Positions 12,789 to 24,927 are shown, numbered from the stretch's first letter. The stretch: DNA of 64,000 nt from Octopus sinensis (GCF_006345805.1 NC_043013.1:6634001-6698000); one strand, 5' to 3'. The notes: generated by a model not told the origin, from the sequence alone. Translations and numbers: made by a program.

Positions 12789-13225
12789 ACGTGCCAGTGG
12801 CACGTAAAACGTAAAATTCGAGTGTGGTCGATGCCAGTGCCGCCTGACTGGATCCCGTTCCGGTGGCACGTAAAAATCACCATTCGAGCGTGGTCGATGA
12901 CAGTGCCGCCTAACTAGATTTCGTGTCGGTGGCAGATAAAAAGCACCATTCGAGAGAGTGCAATGCCAGTGCCGCCCGACTAGATCCCGTTCCGGTGGCA
13001 CGTAAAAAGTACCGTTCGAGCGTGGTCGACACCATTGCCGCCTGACTGGCCCCCGTGCCAGTGGCACGAAAAAAGCACCTACTACACTTTCCGAGTGATT
13101 GGCGTTAGGAAGGGCATCCAGCTGCGGAAACCTTGCCAAATCAGATTGGAGCCTGGTGCAGCTTCCTGGCTTGCCAGTCCTCACTCAAGCCATCCAAACC
13201 ATGCCAACATCGAAGCGGAGGTTAA
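12789..13225 (+). mobile_element. Element with RTE-type 3' tail and internal 66-bp tandem repeats
   Basis: gtggca motif at about 12797, 12863, 12929, 12995, 13061; tail ttggcgttaggaagggcatccagc...ccatgccaacatcgaagcggaggttaaacgacgacg leading into (GAT)n. Confidence 0.65.
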
Positions 13226-13454
13226 ACGACGACGACGACGATCACGGTGATGATGATGATTATGATGATGATGATGAGGAGGAGGAGGAGGAGGAAGAGG
13301 AGAATATAAGCAAGATAGGCAAAAACATATATGAAATAGAAAGATCGTATATAATACATACATGCATACATACATACATACATACATACATACATACATA
13401 CATACATACATACATACATACATACATACATGCGTGTGTGTGTGTGAACACACA

Positions 13455-13735
13455 TGGCGTAGTGGTTAGAGTATTCGGAAGCGTTGTGGTCTTGAGCAAG
13501 ACACTTTATTTCACATTTCGCAACAGTCCACTCAGCCAGCAAAAATGAGTTGTATCTGTATTTCAAAGGGCCAGCCTTGTCACATCCTGTGTCACACTGA
13601 ATTTCCCTGAGAACTACATTAAGGGTACGCGTGTCTGTGGAGTACTCAGCCACTTGCAAATTAATATCACGGGCAGGTTGTTCCGTTGATTGGATCAACT
13701 GCAATCCTCGTCGTCCTTAATCCAACAGAGTGCTC
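13455..13735 (+). mobile_element. Diverged SINE sharing the family C 3' region
   Basis: tggcgtagtggttagag A-box-like head; gccagccttgtcaca...gagaactacattaagggtac...ctcgtcgtc shared with 20340 and 56389 copies. Confidence 0.7.
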
Positions 13736-13743
13736 GTGTGTAT

Positions 13744-13795
<52 letters not shown>

Positions 13796-13800
13796 GTAGG

Positions 13801-13892
<92 letters not shown>

Positions 13893-14046
13893 AAAGGTGG
13901 AGATAGAAATTCGATCAAAATGGATCGTGTATTACAGGAATGTCATAATGTAAAAAGGGGAAACAGATTAGAAAAGCCTACGGAAAAGACCACGGTAAAC
14001 TCGGCCAATAATGTCATTCAAAAAAGCACATTACAGTAAGTGACTG

Positions 14047-14332
14047 TTTTTTTTTTTTTGCTTCTGTTTTTGGTTCATAGGATTATGCTCAAGCTGGCTC
14101 GGTTATTCACACGTGCCATCCTTGCAACATTCACCGTCTTTTTTTTGAAACATTCACTAGACGGGACTTCCCTCTCTACTCTCACCTTCCTCTTCAAGAG
14201 ATAATTGAAGAAGTTGATGAGAGATTGACCAGAGAGGAAAGTGTTTGCCACTAGACCTTTCAGACGGGTCCGTCATACACATTCTTTCGCCATAGCCACA
14301 ATTACGATGAAAATGGCTCTTCCTTCCCGTTT
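14047..14332 (-). mobile_element. 3' end of a Tx1/L1-clade LINE with poly(A)
   Basis: Minus strand reads KREGRAIFIVIVAMAKECV*RTRLKGL...SGQSLINFFNYLLKRKVRVERE...IIL* followed by an A-run (T-run 14047-14059 on +). Confidence 0.65.
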
Positions 14333-14346
14333 ATATATATATATAT

Positions 14347-14488
14347 AGGTCGACTTTGCCTTTCATCCTTTCGGGGTCGATAAATTAAGTACCAGTTACG
14401 CACTGAGGTCAATGTAATCGACTTAATCCGTTTGTCTGTCCTTGTTTGTCCCCTCTGTGTTTAGCTCCTTGTGGGTAGTAAAGAAATA
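14347..14488 (+). mobile_element. SINE family B, 5'-truncated
   Basis: Core and tail match 7805-8220. Confidence 0.85.
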
Positions 14489-14497
14489 TATATATAT

Positions 14498-14845
14498 GAT
14501 TGATTGATTGATTCTAGTTTCAGCTCATGAGCTGTGGCCATGCTGGGGCACCGCCATTTGGTGTTGCTACATGGTTTTACTTCACGAATGCTTTTTAGCA
14601 ACTGCCATTTGGTGCATGAGAGAGTTCGATGCAGCTGCCCTCATCTGCACCTCCTGCCGTGAAGTTGGTTCACCTGGGATACCTGACAGGAAGAGATCCA
14701 GTTTCATTTTAAAGACATCTGCATCCACCCCATGCAGGTCTCTTAGGTTCTTCGGGAGGATATTGAAGAGCTGTGGGCCTCGGAAGCCCAGGCTATCACA
14801 GTATCTTGTCCTACATCTTGATGGCAAATTTGGAGTCCTATACAT
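14498..14845 (-). mobile_element. 3' fragment of a CR1/L2-group LINE with (CAAT)n tail
   Basis: GPQLFNILPKNLRDL...FKMKLDLFLSGIPGEP...AASNSL C-terminal motifs; short UTR ending in gaatcaatcaatcaatc. Confidence 0.8.
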
Positions 14846-15199
14846 ATGAATATAATAAAGATATATACATATTTTTATAAGTAACAGTTTATACATATTT
14901 ATATATAATATATAAATAACGAAGTTGTACAGGTGTCAGTTCATTACGACCATTTCAGAGGACTTCTTTAAATAATTATTGAAAACATTACACCATTTGA
15001 AAGAAACTGTTCTCGTCAAATGACCCCATAGGTGCCTAACAAGGTGGCTCAACTTAAGTACCTAATTCACCTGGATCTTTATGATATTTTATATATACAT
15101 ATATATATCTGTGTGTGTGTGTGTTTGTATACATTCGTGCGCGTGAATATATATGTGTTAGGATGTGAGCTATGATGTAATATAGATATAATATAATTG

Positions 15200-15396
15200 T
15201 TATAGTAGATAACTGAAAAAAAAACAAACAATGAGAAGTATGCCGTGATAAAGAAAACATTTCTGGCTGCTGCTCCGCGGTTGCGAGTCTGGGGATGATG
15301 AATCGGTCTCTATAATTCCGCCTGTCAGTCTTCCGCTAAGGTACGGAATTGGAACAACGCCATATTCCTTTGTTAAATGAAAGTATTTGATTGCTT
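15200..15396 (-). CDS. Candidate terminal exon encoding a Ser-rich spacer and hydrophobic C-terminus (GPI-signal-like)
   Basis: Acceptor tttcaattgtacag, then AIKYFHLTKEYGVVPIPYLSGRLTGGIIETDSSSPDSQPRSSSQKCFLYHGILLIVCFFFSYLL*; no upstream exon found. Confidence 0.3.
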
Positions 15397-15707
15397 CTGT
15401 ACAATTGAAACGATTTAATGCGTTAATTGAAGTAATGTTAACTCAGCTGCCACCTGTATGTTATATATGTATGTTTATATACATACATATATATGTGTGT
15501 GTGAGTGTGTATGTAAATGTATGTACATACATATAATCAGGTACGTCTATCGACCTATCTACTCACACATGCATATATACGCGCATACGTATGTATCTAT
15601 ACACATTATATAATATATGTGTATATATTACATATATATATATATATAATAATATATATATTATATATATTATATATATATATATGTATATATATATATG
15701 TGTGTAT

Positions 15708-16318
15708 GTTGTTGATGTTGAACTTAAAAATGGTCTATGACTATTTAATTTTTTCCCACTAGGCCGCTGGTGGCAAAAAAATTCTACAAAATTTTTTTTG
15801 CCACCCTATATTGATTAATTATGAATTTTCTGGTTAATTCCGTAATGGAATCGACGGCTTATATTTATTTGCTGCCGATAAATTTGGCGCGAGTGCGATG
15901 ATTTGAAAATTTTAGGTCAGATATTACCTTGGCAGGGTCGGAAATGCCTCGTGTAAATATCTGTTCCGACTTGGGCTATTTCTTACTGAAGAATCTGAGG
16001 GCCTATGGAAGATTGGCTTGATTTAATTTAATCAGGTTAGTTTGCCATTAAACAGCAGATGAAAAACGGTGCATCGTATAAGAAATTACAGGGTAAATGT
16101 TTTTTAAATTTTCTCCTGTTTACGGAATTGATTTTTTTATTTGCGGTTGAAGCTTTGGCTGTTATTTCTAGTGGGTGAATGGCCTATTATGGCCGTTCCT
16201 TGATTGTTGATGTTGAACTTAAAAATGATCTATGACTATTTAATTTTTTCCCACTAGGCCGCTGGTGGCAAAAAAATTCTACAAAATTTTTTTTGCCACC
16301 CTATATTGATTAATTATA
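15708..16318 (+). repeat. ~497-bp tandem unit (1.2 copies), diverged relative of 18040-19452
   Basis: tgttgatgttgaacttaaaaatg at about 15708 and 16205; shares ordered motifs tttggcgcga, tcagatat, gcctcgtgta, agggtaaatgtttt with 19031-19452. Confidence 0.8.
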
Positions 16319-16370
16319 TATATATATATATTATATATATATATATATATATTGTTATATTTCGGAATGG

Positions 16371-16740
16371 TCATTTTGCCAGTTTAGCCAATAAAAACAC
16401 ACGCACTATATATTGGTGTGTATTTTGCTTCAGTGTTATTTATTTTTTACATTAATCTTAATCTTATTTCAGCCAGAGTTCTTTCGTCACACTCCTGTGA
16501 CCGCATCAGTGGTCCTTTGTTTTCTTCTTTCTTATTTGTGTCTCTTCTTACTAACCGTCAGCCATTTTATATTTCTATTGTATATTTTCATTTGCGCATC
16601 CTTATATCTCTATGTGCGTCTATGTTTATTTAGTGTGTGTATGTGGGGGATGCCTGTAATATTTGTATCTTCTGTTTATATATGTTCATGTAATTTGTAT
16701 TTTGTTTTGTTGTTTTTGTTTATTCTTATTTTGTTCATGT
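16371..16740 (-). mobile_element. Penelope-like 3' tail ending in (TA)n, with a degenerate hammerhead at 16473-16512
   Basis: Same end sequence as the 59832-60011 fold-back; minus strand CCA-CTGATGC-G-GTCAC-loop-GTGAC-GAAAGAACTC-TGG. Confidence 0.5.
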
Positions 16741-16851
16741 GTTTACATCCACTTATTATCATTACATATGCTTGTATGTATGTATGTATGTATGTATGTA
16801 TGTATGTATGTATGTATGTATAAGAATGAAAAGGAACACACGAGTTGATAT

Positions 16852-17070
16852 ATATGAAAAAACAAGTCAAGATAGAAAATGCTAAAATAATTTTATAAAG
16901 AACATTTTAATACCGGTTTCAGTCATTTGAGACCTTTTCAAATGTAACGATTAAATAATTAAATTTAGAAAAATTAAAAGAAAAGTTTTTTAAAAGAATA
17001 TTTGTATAGTGTTCAAATATAAGTGGCATTTTCCTTGTTTCTGCCTTTCTCTCTCTCTCTCTTGTTTACA
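16852..17070 (-). mobile_element. Single-arm relative of the 11718-12145 palindrome
   Basis: gaaaaaacaagtcaagatagaaaatgcta...accggtttcagtcatttgagaccttttcaa...ctttctct. Confidence 0.8.
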
Positions 17071-17284
17071 CTTGTGGGTTCGAGGTCGTTGACCTGAAGA
17101 GTAGACTGCGGTACACACCTCGCTTGGATATTTACCACTATGAAACATATGTAGCCCGGATATTATCTACTCCATTACATAACCCTTGTGTGTTTATACA
17201 CACACACACACAACACACACACACACACACACAAGAACTTATGCTTAGAAATACATAAAGATTTGTATGAGATTACACGTATAT

Positions 17285-17519
17285 ACTCTTTACTCTTTTC
17301 CTTGTTTCAGTCATTTGACTGCGGCCCTGCTGGTGCACCGCCTTTAGTCGAGCAAATCGACCTCAGGACTTATTCTATCGGTCTCTTTTGCCGAACCGCT
17401 AAGTTACGGGGACGTTAACACACCACCATCGGTTGTCAAGCGATGTTGGAGTACAAACACAGACACACAAACACACACACACATACATACATACACACAT
17501 ACATACATACATACATACA

Positions 17520-17553
<34 letters not shown>

Positions 17554-17670
17554 CGAAAGGCTTATTTCAGTTTCCATCTACCAAATCCACTCACAAGGCT
17601 TTGGTCGGCCCGAGGCTATAGTAGAAGACACTTTCCCAAGGTGCCACGCAGTGGGACTGAACCCGGAACG
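17285..17670 (-). mobile_element. SINE family A, head truncated
   Basis: Match to family A with central (TACA)n. Confidence 0.85.
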
Positions 17671-18010
17671 TTTAATCAATCAGCATTTAGGACTCTAGTA
17701 TTAGTATTCCTGTAACATTAACAATATCAGGACTATTCTATACTTTATACCACTTCAGCCTCACTTAATCTTTGTGTGTGTGTGTGTGTGTGTATGGGTA
17801 TGCATGTTCATGTGTGTAAGTGTGTGTGTGTGGGCGGGCGAGCGCGCGTGTGCACGTTTGTGTGTTATTAGAACTGCAAGCAAATCATATTCTCATTATA
17901 TCGAGTCATTATGAAAATATATTTTCAATCGGGTAACTTATTCTCTTTAACGGATGTGTGGGAATCATCTCCTACAATATTAGACTGGTACTGCGATCAT
18001 GTTAGCACAA

Positions 18011-18039
<29 letters not shown>

Positions 18040-18041
<2 letters not shown>

Positions 18042-19452
18042 TAGTCAATTTAGGGTAGCAAAAAAATTCAATAGAAAGTTTATCGCTACCAGCGGCCTGG
18101 TGGAAAAGAGAAAATAGTCATCGACTTAAAATATAATATAACAATTAGGAGTGACCCCAACAGGTCACTCGTCCACCAGAAAGAGCAGCCATAATCACAC
18201 CGCCAAGTAGTAGTCATTCAGAAATTAGGTGAAAATTTAAAAACATTTACCCTAATTCATCTTTTAGACGTTGCACGTTTCTGTGTCATTAATGATTAAA
18301 TTAGCTTAATTAAATTAAATTAAGCCAATCTACCAAGGTTAACGTCATAGTACAAAAACCTGGGAGAGACCAATATACACGAGGACGTCTGTATCGATTG
18401 CCTACGGGATATCTGACTTAAAATTTTCAAGACTGACGTATTCGCGCCAAACTTATCAGCAGTAAATATATAAACTGCCGATTCAATCTCAGAATTATTC
18501 AGAAAATTATCAATTAGTCAATTTAGGGTAGCAAAAAAATTCAATAGAAATTTATCGCTACCAGCGGCCTGGTGGAAAAGAGAAAATAGTCATCGACTAA
18601 ATATATAAATATAACAATTTAGGAGTGACCCCAACAGGTCACTCGTCCACCAGAAAGAGCAGCCATAACTCACACCGCCAAGTAGTAGTCATTCAGAAAT
18701 TAGGTGAAAATTTAAAAACATTTACCCTAATTCATCTTTTAGACGTTGCAACGTTTCTGTGTCATTAATGATTAAATTAGCTTAATTAAATTAAATTAAG
18801 CCAATCTACCATAGGTTACACTTCATCAGTAAAAACCTGGGAGAGACAAATATACACGAGGCGTCTGTATCGATGCCTACGGGATATCTGACTTAAAATT
18901 TTCAAGACTGACGTATTCGCGCCAACTTATCAGCAGTAAATATAAACTGCCGATTCAATCTCAGAATTATTCAGAAAATTATCAATTAGTCAATTTAGGG
19001 TAGCAAAAAAATTCATAGAAATTTATCGCTGGTAGCGATAAATTTCTATTGAATTTTTTGCTACCCTAAATTGACTAATTGATAATTTTCTGAATAATTC
19101 TGAGATTGAATCGGCAGTTTATATTTACTGCTGATAATTTGGCGCGAATACGTCAGTCTTGAAAATTTTAAGTCAGATATCCCGTAGGCATCGATACAGA
19201 CGCCTCGTGTATATTTGTCTCTCCCAGGTTTTTTACTGATGAAGTGTAACCTATGGTAGATTGGCTTAATTTAATTTAATTAAGCTAATTTAATCATTAA
19301 TGACACAGAAACGTTGCAACGTCTAAAAGATGAATTAGGGTAAATGTTTTTAAATTTTCACCTAATTTCTGAATTACTACTACTTGGCGGTGTGAGTTAT
19401 GGCTGCTCTTTCTGGTGGACGAGTGACCTGTTGGGGTCACTCCTAAATTGTT
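18040..19452. repeat. ~473-bp tandem array (two units plus a partial) folding back into an inverted unit centred at 19032
   Basis: attagtcaatttagggtagc at 18040, 18513 and 18985; 19031-19452 is the reverse complement of about 18612-19033. Confidence 0.9.
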
Positions 19453-19553
<101 letters not shown>

Positions 19554-19650
19554 GTGAAAATATGTAGAAAACATATATAAAAAGGGGAAGAGAAATGCCT
19601 TCATTTCACATAGTTCTAATATCTTTTTATTAAACAAATATATACATATA

Positions 19651-20065
19651 GGCGTAGGATTGGCTGTGTTAAGTAGTTTGCTTACGAATCACATGGTTCT
19701 GGGTTCAGACACACTGCGTGGCACCTTGGGCAAGTGTCATCTACTATAGCCTCTGGCCGACCAAAATCTTGTGAGTGGATATGGTAGACGGAGACTGAAA
19801 GAAGCCCGTCGTATGTATGTATATATATGTAGGTGTGTGTATGTGTGTATGTTTGTGTGTCTGTATTCGTCCCTCCCCCAACATCGCTTGACAACCGATG
19901 CTGGTGTGTTTACGCCCCTGTAACTTAGCGGTTCGGCAAAAGCGAACGATAGAATAGGTACGAGGCTTACAAAGAATAAGGCCTGGGGTCGATTTGCTCG
20001 ACTAAAGGCGGTGCTGAAGCATGGCCACAGTCAAATGACTGAAACAAGTAAAAGAGTAAAAGAGT
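19651..20065 (+). mobile_element. SINE family A, full length
   Basis: Head, central microsatellite and aaagagtaaaagagt tail. Confidence 0.9.
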
Positions 20066-20339
20066 ATACATAATTTATGGATGGTAAAAGTTTCAAAAAA
20101 ATGTAGTGAGATCGAGGTAAATGCAGCTTTTCTGGCCGCAGATGAAATGTCGTTGGACTGGGTAGCTGAAAATTGGAAACAAAACGAATCGTTAGTGCTG
20201 CCAAGCAGCGACAGGAAGAACACATTCGTGTATTGAAATTGTATGGACTTAACCGGGATGAAGAAATTGGGGAAGTAAATCTTCGTAGAATACGCCAATG
20301 TAGATGAGGTGGAAATGCTTTGCAACATTCATGTCGTAT

Positions 20340-20725
20340 GGATGGAAGCACTCCGTCGGTTACGACGACGAGGGTTCCGGTTGATTCGAGTCAACGGAAC
20401 AGCCTGCTCGTGAAATTAACGTGTAAGTGGCTGAGCACTCAACAGACACGTGTACCCTTAACGTAGTTCTCGGGGATATTCAGCGTGACACAAAGTGTGA
20501 CAAGGCTGGCCTTTTAAAATACAGGTACAACAGAAACAGGAAGTAAGAGTGAGAGAAAGTTGTGGTGAAAGAGTACAGCAGGGATCACCACCATCCCCTG
20601 CCGGAGCCTCGTGGAGCTTTAGGTGTTTTCGCTCAATAAACACTCACAACGCCCGGTGTTGGAATCGAAACCGCGATCCTATGACCGCGAGTCCGCTGCC
20701 CTAACCACTGGGCCATTGCGCCTCC
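20340..20725 (-). mobile_element. SINE family C (tRNA-derived), full length with 11-bp TSD
   Basis: Head ggaggcgcaatggcccagtggttagg (A box), ggtttcgattcc (B box); TSD tcatgtcgtat at 20329-20339 and 20726-20736. Confidence 0.9.
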
Positions 20726-21726
20726 TCATGTCGTATAGTGATAGACTTAATACAGAAAGGCATAGCAAAGGGTGCACACATTTTCGGGTGGTTGACTACA
20801 CAGACGTAAATAAGACGCCCAGAACAAGGAAAACTTGGTTGCTCCACTGATTCTGCTGTTTTACAAACCTTGTGCGATGCATTAACTATTAATTGTGTGT
20901 CGCCTTGTGAATAGCTTGAACAACCCTGGAATATGAGCGTGCGTTGGCGAGGAGGATATGTGACAGACATAGCAGTGGGGTCAAAGAAGAGAGGGTGGTG
21001 TGGTGGGTACAGATGAAAGACACGGCAGAATAGAAGCAAAGATGACGGGTGGCCACCCGGGGTGGATTTTAACAATAGCAAAAAATTCGTTTTTAAAAGA
21101 GAAATGGTTTTAAAATGAATGAGAACAGTTTGCATTCATACTCATCCACACACATGCACACATGCACGTCTACCCTACGAACATGTATATACATGTATAT
21201 ATATTCCTTTATACATGGAGAAATACATGCGCATAGCTACTTACACACACACACACACACACCACACACACACATATATATATACATACGCACTATATTT
21301 ACGTATGTAAATGATATTTCTTTGTAAATATGAAACACAGATTCAAAAATGTACACTCTCTCTCGAAAAAACACACATGTATATATATATATATATGTAT
21401 GTATATGTATGTACTTGCATATATATATATATATACGTGCAATTAGATACATATACATGTATGTGTGAATATCTGAATGAATTCCTCCATCCATTGGTAA
21501 ATATACAGGTTTGTGAGTGTGTGTGTATGTGTACATGTGTGTATACAAAATCATACATATTTATATACATATATACATACATACATATACACACATCTCT
21601 CTCTTTCTTTGTATGGTAGTGTGTGTGTGTTCATATGTGTACCTAGTGTTGTCAACATTTGTCTTTAACATAAAGCATTCAAATTTATTATTTACACACA
21701 CAATCCGCTCATACATACATACATAC

Positions 21727-21759
<33 letters not shown>

Positions 21760-21993
21760 TATATTATATATTATATTATACGTACATAGATTTATCGTGT
21801 ATATATATACATATACGTCGTCGTATACATATATATATGTGTGTATGTGTGTGTGTGTGCACAATGTATATATACTTGTGTGTGAGTACATGTATATATA
21901 TATGTACATATATATATGTACATCTCTCTCTTTCTTTCTCTCTTTGAATATATATATATATATATATATATATGCATATACATATACATATGC

Positions 21994-22036
<43 letters not shown>

Positions 22037-22192
22037 GATGTACATACACAGATATATACACAGATGTACATACACATATATATATATACATACACAGATA
22101 CACACAAATACATACACTTGAGCCATTAATTAAAGAAAACACAACCGGTGAACCCAACCGTCTGGTTACCACTGTGTTGGTGTTGTTGTTGT

Positions 22193-22225
<33 letters not shown>

Positions 22226-23082
22226 CGATTTTTCCATCCCCCAAAACGAGCTCCCCATGCCCCCTTCTTTACAAAACACCACCATGCCTAAGTCATACAC
22301 TGACTGCAGCGACAGTCAATTAAGACTTCTTGAATAAACAACGTTTGCCTGTTTTTCCTTCAGCAAAGTATTTCACCAGGTGTGTATATATGGTAAGCAA
22401 ACAGCGTGCACATAAGCAGCATTAATGTGCACAGTATGTACACAAACGCAGACAGACGCATACACACTTGGGCAACCACATATATACACATAGATACACA
22501 TACACACACGAACACACATACACCATATATATATATGTATATATTTATATATATATATATATATATCTACATTTATATATCTAAATATGTATGTTTATAT
22601 ATTTATATATGTATGCATAAGCATATGTATATATATATATATATACATATATACACATTAAGTACATATATATATATATATATACACAAATTTACTTCTA
22701 CATACATACATGCATATTATTTGTGTATATCTCTGTGTGGGATATATGTGCATGTATGTATGTGTGTGTGTATGTGTGTGTGTGTGTTTGTATGTGTGAG
22801 TACACATTTTTAAAAGGGGGCAAACATTAATACAAAGAAAAACACAAATACAAGCGGGAATATTGAAGCGAGTGGTTAGGTGGGCCTCGAGACGGTATAT
22901 ACGCGATACTGCAATAACCACATTGCTACAATCCTTCTCTGCATGCCGTGTAGCATATTTAGATAAGTAAGCAACAATTTGGGGATCGTTCAGAATCCTA
23001 GCTCAGGAATAGCTAATGTTTTTCCGCTAGTTCATAATTTTATTTGGATTTCATTAGGTCCCAACGTCTATTTCTTATTGTA

Positions 23083-23515
23083 CAGGGTGTTCAAAAAGAG
23101 TCTCTCCGCAGTGCATTTTTTGAAAACACCACCAACACCGAGAGATATTGCTCAAATATTGTTTATCCATTTGTAGGATAAGTGGAATTAGTAATGCATA
23201 CTTTCAGCAAGATGGGGCTACAGTTTATACTTCGGGCATCACCATGCCGCTCCTTGAAAAGATTTTCGGTGAATGACCATTCTGAAGGGGCTTTGGCCAC
23301 CAAGATCACCTGATTAACACCACCAGACTCAGGGAGCAAGTAAAGAATCGCTGTACAAGAATCGTCCGAAAACCATTAATGAGCTAAAAGACGCAATCAT
23401 AACCTTCACACGGTCTAAACTGCGTCACACTCTCCCAGATGTATTTCAAAACATGTGGAGAAGAGTCAACGTATGTATTGAAAATAAAAGACGGCACTTT
23501 CAACACCCCTTATAA
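23083..23515 (+). mobile_element. Decayed Tc1/mariner (maT/DD37D-like) fragment
   Basis: TA-cagggtgttcaaaa end; YFQQDGAT, GLWPPRSPD, RPKTINELKDAI, RRVNVCIENK.RHFQH with frameshifts; no second TIR seen. Confidence 0.7.
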
Positions 23516-24085
23516 AGATTTTTAAGGTCTTGTAAGATCTAAAATATTCTTTTGTAGTCTTACACCATCTTATAAATATTTATTTTGCAATAAAATACTT
23601 ACTGTATAAGTGTGTTAAAAAAACTACCGACGGGTAACATTGTGAATATACTTCTTTCATTTAGGGTAATATCCAGCAATGGTGCATTTGTAATTTAATA
23701 GTTAAACAGTGTTTTTGATGTTGATAACGTATATCGGTTACTTAATTGGTTGAATGGTTAACAAGTTGACTAATGATAACAAAGGAAGTGAAATAAAACC
23801 AGTGCATGTGTTTCTTATTGACATAATGATCCTCAGATGATACAAAAATTATGTTTCAACACAGTTTCACATCAGAAATGTTATAGCCCCAATACAAGAA
23901 TAGATTCGAAACTACCAGAATGTATAAAGGTTACATACGCACGTAATCTTTTAGATTCTTGCTGTCCGCCGTGCATATCAGGATTTATTATCGCTTGGCA
24001 GATATCAGGATGTATGAGTTAACAGATTTTTCGTTCGAATTATAAGCAGGTTATCGACTCCTGTCACATACTTTGCCCCGGGTAT

Positions 24086-24131
24086 TTCTTTCTGATGAGA
24101 AACAATATGTCGAAACACCGGTGTCTTAGAA
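24086..24131 (+). ncRNA. Minimal type I hammerhead-like motif
   Basis: CTGATGA 24092-24098, bulged stem II, GAAA, palindromic stem III ACAC-CG-GTGT, C17 at 24125; stem I only partly paired. Confidence 0.55.
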
Positions 24132-24764
24132 TCTTTTGCACCAACGAGACGAAGGTATCATAAACACATAGTCGTCGTAAAAAATAGAACTTATTTTCCT
24201 GTGACCTACGCAACAGCTATTAGCATATTTACGTAACAGGAACTGCTGAGACGTATCAGGAATAGACATGTAGACCATGATTCAGATTCTCAAAGTTCAC
24301 CGTACAAATAACAATTTTGAAAGCGGTCCACCAACTACCTAAATTGAACACTTAAAGCATAACATTGCATTTTATTACGTTTCCACTGGAAAACAGATAC
24401 CTAAGAAAGCACCAGGTGTTCAAAGGTATATCTTAATGCAGCAATCAAGTGCAGAACTAATTACAATTGCTAAATTAACGGAGTGACAGGCAGAACATTA
24501 AGATATATCCTGTAAATAATAGTTTATGCATCTATTTACTATGAGAGATGTTATCAGTGGAACACCAGCTGCTCAAAGTTATTTCTTCCCCACTTCATGA
24601 CGTAACTAAGTGCATAATTAACTACAGGTGCAAAATGTAAAGTGCATACAAACACATTCACAAGCATATATATACATATATATACATATATATATACATA
24701 TATATATACATACATATATATACATGTTATATATATACATATTATATATATATCATACATATAT

Positions 24765-24828
<64 letters not shown>

Positions 24829-24894
24829 CATACATACTTATATATATATATATCGGAATGTGTGTGTGTATATATATATTATATATATATATAT

Positions 24895-24927
<33 letters not shown>

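Noticed and set aside
12789-13080. Regular 66-bp repeats as a CRISPR-like array
   Set aside because: The whole unit is repeated with no unique spacers; eukaryotic retroelement context
14081-14254. Apparent plus-strand exon DYAQAGSV...VCH* after a strong polypyrimidine tract
   Set aside because: It is the antisense of a Tx1-like LINE 3' end; the T tract is the element's poly(A)
20660-20725. tRNA-like A/B boxes here and in other SINE heads
   Set aside because: No full cloverleaf; they are continuous with SINE bodies and TSDs, so not tRNA genes
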